Shown one piece after another: positions 45,401 through 48,736 of a stretch of DNA of 48,736 bases; position 1 is the first letter of the stretch; each line of letters opens with the position of its first letter. The position numbers were made by a program, and so were the translations under genes. Origin of the DNA: Verrucomicrobiota bacterium (GTDB lineage Bacteria > Verrucomicrobiota > Verrucomicrobiia > Methylacidiphilales > Verrucolacustridaceae); NCBI GenBank assembly GCA_009927835.1, contig RFMG01000115.1, positions 1-48,736 of the forward strand, read 5' to 3'. The notes under the pieces are model-generated. The model worked only from the letters and a program-made list of their open reading frames with translations, had not been told where the DNA came from and did not search any database.

Positions 45401-47528
45401 TCTTCCCCAACTGTTTTTCCACATACTGATCCACCCGGGGCGGGGAGAGCAGCTGCAGGGCCGCCACCTGCGCCCCCGCCGGGACATCGCGAAACTCGAG
45501 CTCAAACTCGCTGGCCTGGACCGGGGCAAAAGCCGCCACCACCGGTCCCTGCACCCAAAAGCCCTCGTTCACCCGCATGGTGTTTCCCGGTCGGTTCAGC
45601 CGCAGCCGCGCCACGCGTTGGAAATTGCCCCGCGCATCCTTCGCTTTCAGTTCCGCCCAGCCCGTCAGGCCCCCCAGCCCGGGAAAAATTCGCAAGGTCT
45701 GCGCCGAAACCGGGCCGGCGGCCTTCATCCGCAAGCGGGTCGGGGCCTCGCCCCCGGGGAGGGTCAGCGCGGAAATCCGGATCGGTCCCCACGGCCCCAT
45801 TCCGGTGGGGCCGAGCACCATCGCCGGACTCCAGGCGGCGTCGTCGAAGCTCTCGGAATTCCAACCGGCGGGGTCGCTCTCGGAGATTTTCCAATCTGCC
45901 TCGGTGCCCCACCTTTCGGGCGGGCCGGAGGAAAAGTCGATTTCCATCTTTGCGGCCAGACCGGCGGGATTGGGTTCACTGCCCAGGTTTTTGACGCTCA
46001 CCGCCACCACGTTGGGTCCGGGCTTCAGCCGCGCCGTGAGATCCAGCGGCCGGGCCTCATTCCAGGAACTGCTGCTCCCCACCACCTCCCCGTTCACCCA
46101 GCAGGTGAATTCATTGTCTGCCGTCATCGTCAGGGTGGCGGTGCGGACTGGGCGATCCATCGGCAGGGAAAAACGCCGCCGGAAATAAACCGTTCCGGGA
46201 GCGGCGGCACCCGCCTCGGGCACCGCCTTCCAGATCCATGAAACGCCCTCCAGCGTTTGCGGCCGGTCCGGATCCGCCCCGTTCAAAAGGGAAGCGTTGG
46301 GCCCTCCCTCCGCCGCCGTGAAGGTCAGGGGGATCGGGGCCTCCTCCGCGGAACCCGGCAGCGGATAGGCGAACACCCGGGTGGGCGACCCTGCCAGACC
46401 CGGATGCGGCAGGGTTCCCCGAAATTCCCGGGGCCCGGACACCACCATTTCGCGGGTGGCGAGATAACGCATCGATTTTTCCGGGGGAACCCACGGCCCA
46501 CCGGCTTGGCTCCACCCAGGGCAGTTAAACAAACCGATGTCCACCCCAAGTCGGGTGCCTTCGCGGATGGCATGCTGGACGCAGTCGGTCCACTCCGGGC
46601 TGAGCACCTTGACCGTTCCGCTTGGCACCGAAGGGAGGGCGATGTTGCCGATGGCGGCGGCCCCGATGCCCGCACGTTTCATCGATTCCAGGTCCCGCGT
46701 GATTCCCTCCTTGGAAATCTGGTCGCTGATCCAGTACCAGTACACCCACGGAGCGGTCGAAGCGGGCGGATCGGTAAAAAGTTTTTCCAACGCGTCCATC
46801 TCGGCCGCCGCCTCCGGGGGTTCCGCCCCGGGACGGGGGATCATCCAGCGGGTCCAGCCCGGCTGAAAATCCTCCCCGTCGCGGGCGATGGGCCGCTCCG
46901 CCTCTGGGTCGGAATCCATGAACTGGCGGATTTGGTCTGGCTTCAAGGCCAAATCAAAAAGCCGCCAACCTCTCGCCTTGCCGGTAAAACGTTCCGCCTC
47001 AGGCCCGCCCGGTCGGCTGCCCGGATGCACCTGCCAAAGGCTGGGTTGGCCCACCGCCACCCTCTTTCCGTTGACGAAGAGGCTGGGCACCCCATCCCGG
47101 TAGACCACCGCCAGGGCCGCCTCCTCCGGGACGGGACTCTCCCACCGCAGCACGGATTCGTAGTAGCCCTCGGTGTGTTCCAGCACTTGAATGCCGTTCT
47201 TGCCGACCGTGAGCCCGGCCCCGGCGTGACCCTTGCCGTACAGGCTGTGTCCGGGGTCGGGATAGACGACAAATTCGCGGTAATCGCTTATCCGGATCTG
47301 CCCGGAAGGAAGAAAGGAGATATCCGTTTGGGGTTCGGCCCAACCCGCCCAGGTGAAATTCCCGGAGACCGCACCCCGGTTCGCACCTTCCGGCAACGCC
47401 GGGGGAAGCCCGGGTGCGCTGGCCGCCGCCACCGCCCAAACCCCCGCCAAGGCAGGCCCCCATCCTGCCCGGCGGAAAAAAGCACGGCCTGTTTTCAATC
47501 CTTCTTCCTTAACCGCAGGCACGCCCAT
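42411..47528 (-). CDS. Large GH106 alpha-L-rhamnosidase-like enzyme with two LamG/ConA-like domains, secreted
   Basis: APWVYWYWISDQISKEGITRDLESM..GIG, DSWE, GEFW, AEAFT, WRNRLIG..SGLLGPV; LamG-like NFT..GW..P and LA.V......L.V(N/D)G twice. Start likely ATG 47528. Confidence 0.88.
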   Translation of the reverse strand: MGVPAVKEEGLKTGRAFFRRAGWGPALAGVWAVAAASAPGLPPALPEGANRGAVSGNFTWAGWAEPQTDISFLPSGQIRISDYREFVVYPDPGHSLYGKGHAGAGLTVGKNGIQVLEHTEGYYESVLRWESPVPEEAALAVVYRDGVPSLFVNGKRVAVGQPSLWQVHPGSRPGGPEAERFTGKARGWRLFDLALKPDQIRQFMDSDPEAERPIARDGEDFQPGWTRWMIPRPGAEPPEAAAEMDALEKLFTDPPASTAPWVYWYWISDQISKEGITRDLESMKRAGIGAAAIGNIALPSVPSGTVKVLSPEWTDCVQHAIREGTRLGVDIGLFNCPGWSQAGGPWVPPEKSMRYLATREMVVSGPREFRGTLPHPGLAGSPTRVFAYPLPGSAEEAPIPLTFTAAEGGPNASLLNGADPDRPQTLEGVSWIWKAVPEAGAAAPGTVYFRRRFSLPMDRPVRTATLTMTADNEFTCWVNGEVVGSSSSWNEARPLDLTARLKPGPNVVAVSVKNLGSEPNPAGLAAKMEIDFSSGPPERWGTEADWKISESDPAGWNSESFDDAAWSPAMVLGPTGMGPWGPIRISALTLPGGEAPTRLRMKAAGPVSAQTLRIFPGLGGLTGWAELKAKDARGNFQRVARLRLNRPGNTMRVNEGFWVQGPVVAAFAPVQASEFELEFRDVPAGAQVAALQLLSPPRVDQYVEKQLGKMHFNPLPTDAAYRWPAPPEPQSREGIVPAGGMVDLSEKVSADGTLSWSVPPGRWLLLRVGLAQTGTRNAPASREGEGWEVDKMSAEQVGWHLDQFVGTFLRGMKAADRRALKYVISDSWEMGSQTWSDDSTARFRQQFGYDPEPWFPVLTGRMVESAEASERFLWDLRRFVADEVATGFVGGLQAACRKSGLELWLENYGHSGFPGEFLQYGGRADHIAGEFWATGDLGPIEVRGASSAAHIYGKPLVSAEAFTSASRLFGTTPALLKRRGDWAMTEGINHYTLHVALHQPWNDRQPGIQTWFGTEFNRHNPWFEKAQAWIQYFRRAQALLQQGIHVADFALLIPEDAPRMDGTSRAIVPPGFDFDFINAEVIQQKMQVRDGRWVLPDGKSYRLLHLPEGDTMRPELLGRIAELVQRGGVVAGPPPVRSPSLARRGQADEEVRRLAGELWGGAKPKSAGSRRHGQGQVFWGQSLAEVSRAIGLAPDVGGLDPDAVRWIHRQAGKDEIYFLANQTDLTLALDPEFRVTGQVPELWYPATGRRVPTAAFASLPQSTRVRVVLNPMESVFVMFRARQPEKPSVVALSRDGVPERPAEVPAGARFRGHGEYADTENFTMMGWIRPRLDTAFPPDVRWEEVNEVTPIRPGHRVTEPPGTAFASLSAGRNGVVVLATGATVLEPVLAHRQNIHDWTHLALTVQSGRLKLFVDGRPVAEAPAGRFSLRSIASVDGGQRSLAFRGEMTDVTSHDRALSAAEIQKEAEKTDPRLTSLAPVADLRRNGEGGITAELLATGRYEFKLSDGSTVPLTVAALPDPRPLPGPWTVKFPPEKVAAGEIVLETLASLTAHPDPQVRFFSGTAVYGLRFDLPPVPADTRVYLELGDACDSVSEVTLNGTDLGAKWNLPYCWEVTRYVRHGPNQLEIAVTGTWRNRLIGELRDPAAFANTSFRPYLASWGDARLHKDEAMLPSGLLGPVRLVYSRLAALPPVAAAGKKTADAAR

Positions 47529-47807
47529 GCGCAAGAATTCATACTTGGATGTTTCGATAGTTTTTGGATTTAAATTAAATATTTCCTCCAAGCCTTTTTT
47601 GGGTGGCGACGGCCGCGGGTCCGGGGGGGGGAGTTGGCCCGCCGGATTCCCTGCGGGCGGAAAGCCGCCTAAAAAAACCGGGCGACTTGCGGATTTCCCA
47701 GGCCGTTGAAAAATTTTTCTTTCACCGGGCTTTGCTGCTTTTAGATTTAATGTTAAAAGATTGTCCTGAAAATTACTTTGAGTCCTACCCCTTACCTTCC
47801 CCAAAAA

Positions 47808-48524
47808 ATGCTCCCCGCTGGCCGGCCGCTCCGGCTGGACCGGATGGCCCGCCTTTTTCCCGGCTTCACCCTGGTTGAGCTCCTCACCGTCATCGCCATC
47901 GTCGGTCTCGTCGCCGGTTTGGCGGTGGTGGCCACCGGCAAGGCCCGCGCCGCGGCCCTGGCCGCCAAGGATCTGGCCAACCTTCGGCAAACCGCCTCCT
48001 TGGTTTTAATTACGGCGGGAATGCACGGAAAAATACCCGGTAAACCGGGCGTGACCGACAACTGGATCCGCGTGGTGGACGAATATATTCCCAACACGTA
48101 CGCAAAAAACGGGGTCGATCCCAACCCTCAGGATCCCAACCACGTTTACCTCTGTCCCTCCCTTTTCGCCCTGCGCCCGGCGTTTGCCCGCGTCAATGTT
48201 CGACACCAGTGGGCAATGAATCAGACCGTGGCGGAAAGGCCCCTCACCGTCATTGAACGCCCGGCAAAAGTCGTGCTCTTGACGACCGCACTTTGGGGCG
48301 GCCCCAACGGCGGTTGGGGGAGGCTGGAATTCGAACCCTCGGAACGCGCCAACCCCGACTTCCCCTATCCGTCCCGCCGCCTCAGTCTGACCGATCCCAC
48401 CGGGACGGGGCCGCCCGATCGCACCACCTTGATGGCCTTTGTCGACGGGCACGTTGAAAGGATCTCCTTTCGCGACACCAACTATTTTCCGGTCAACGCC
48501 GCCAAGCCCGCCTGGACGCCCTAG
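47808..48524 (+). CDS. Prepilin-type N-terminal cleavage/methylation protein (pilin-like), paralog 2
   Basis: PG|FTLVELLTVIAIVGLVAGL, YLCPS, WAMN, LMAFVDGHVE; start may be 47778, 47808 or 47844. Confidence 0.88.
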   Translation: MLPAGRPLRLDRMARLFPGFTLVELLTVIAIVGLVAGLAVVATGKARAAALAAKDLANLRQTASLVLITAGMHGKIPGKPGVTDNWIRVVDEYIPNTYAKNGVDPNPQDPNHVYLCPSLFALRPAFARVNVRHQWAMNQTVAERPLTVIERPAKVVLLTTALWGGPNGGWGRLEFEPSERANPDFPYPSRRLSLTDPTGTGPPDRTTLMAFVDGHVERISFRDTNYFPVNAAKPAWTP

Positions 48525-48607
48525 CCTGCCCAGGCACTCCGCCTCAGGAAGCTGGAATGCAGATTCGGGATGGTTGAATACCAACCCTTATGCGAATCTT
48601 AACCCCG

Positions 48608-48736
48608 ATGAATCAGAATTTCCCCCTGCGCGTGGGTCTGTTCGGCATCGGACTGGAGGCTTACTGGCCGCAGTTTGAGGGGCTCAAGCCCCGGTTGGAG
48701 GGATATCTGGGCCAGATGGCGGCCAAGTTGGGGCGG
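48608..48736 (+). CDS. L-fucose/L-arabinose isomerase family protein, N-terminus only (window edge)
   Basis: Manual translation MNQNFPLRVGLFGIGLEAYWPQFEGLKPRLEGY matches the family N-terminal GLFGIGL.AYW.QF.GL pattern. Confidence 0.75.
   Translation, partial: MNQNFPLRVGLFGIGLEAYWPQFEGLKPRLEGYLGQMAAKLGR

Noticed and set aside
43167-46241. Long plus-strand ORFs (also 16217..18550, 24739..26586, 28777..30678, 33324..36008, 36420..38051, 38320..40719)
   Set aside because: Antisense to well-supported genes, no motifs; expected in high-GC DNA.
47656-47677. GGCGG-AAAG-CCGCC hairpin with A-tract
   Set aside because: The tract is on the wrong side for an intrinsic terminator on either strand.
47529-47990. 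N-terminal extension of track ORF 42411..47990
   Set aside because: Runs antisense through pilin paralog 2 and the intergenic promoter region.
33236-48521. Pilin C-terminal repeats as a DGR template/variable repeat pair
   Set aside because: Differences are mostly synonymous third-position changes, not adenine-specific; no reverse transcriptase in the window.
1-48736. CRISPR array, tRNA/rRNA, integrase, TonB-dependent receptor, rhaABD catabolic genes
   Set aside because: None recognised by eye; small ncRNAs cannot be excluded without an Infernal/tRNAscan search.

Overview
GC-rich bacterial DNA, probably Verrucomicrobiota or another PVC lineage (inferred from a PEP-CTERM protein, prepilin/DGHV pilin-like proteins, autotransporter-associated beta-strand repeats and a DPDGDG..FYRV-type terminal module). 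Bases 1-7.4 kb look like core genome: a PfkB kinase, class I aldolase, a cryptic PD-(D/E)XK nuclease, Kdo kinase plus GT9 heptosyltransferase, and a porin. Bases 7.4-9.5 kb are a junction with an AAA-ATPase remnant and two convergent type II PIN toxin-antitoxin pairs. From 9.6 kb to the end is a ~39 kb carbohydrate-utilisation island with no SusC/SusD or TonB-dependent receptor visible. It holds a GPH transporter, two GH106, a GH78, an unassigned six-hairpin glycosidase, rhaT, XylR-type and DeoR regulators, and a PEP-CTERM protein. It also holds two ~1,700-aa modular secreted enzymes that share modules, three different cupin sugar-phosphate isomerases in tandem, a beta-PGM::GH65 fusion, and the start of a fucose/arabinose isomerase. 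Two paralogous pilin-like genes with near-identical ends and divergent cores bracket a 14-kb block. Several genes appear leaderless, and at least three appear to start at CTG or ATA codons missed by the ORF track. All calls come from motif recognition by eye; no database searches were run.
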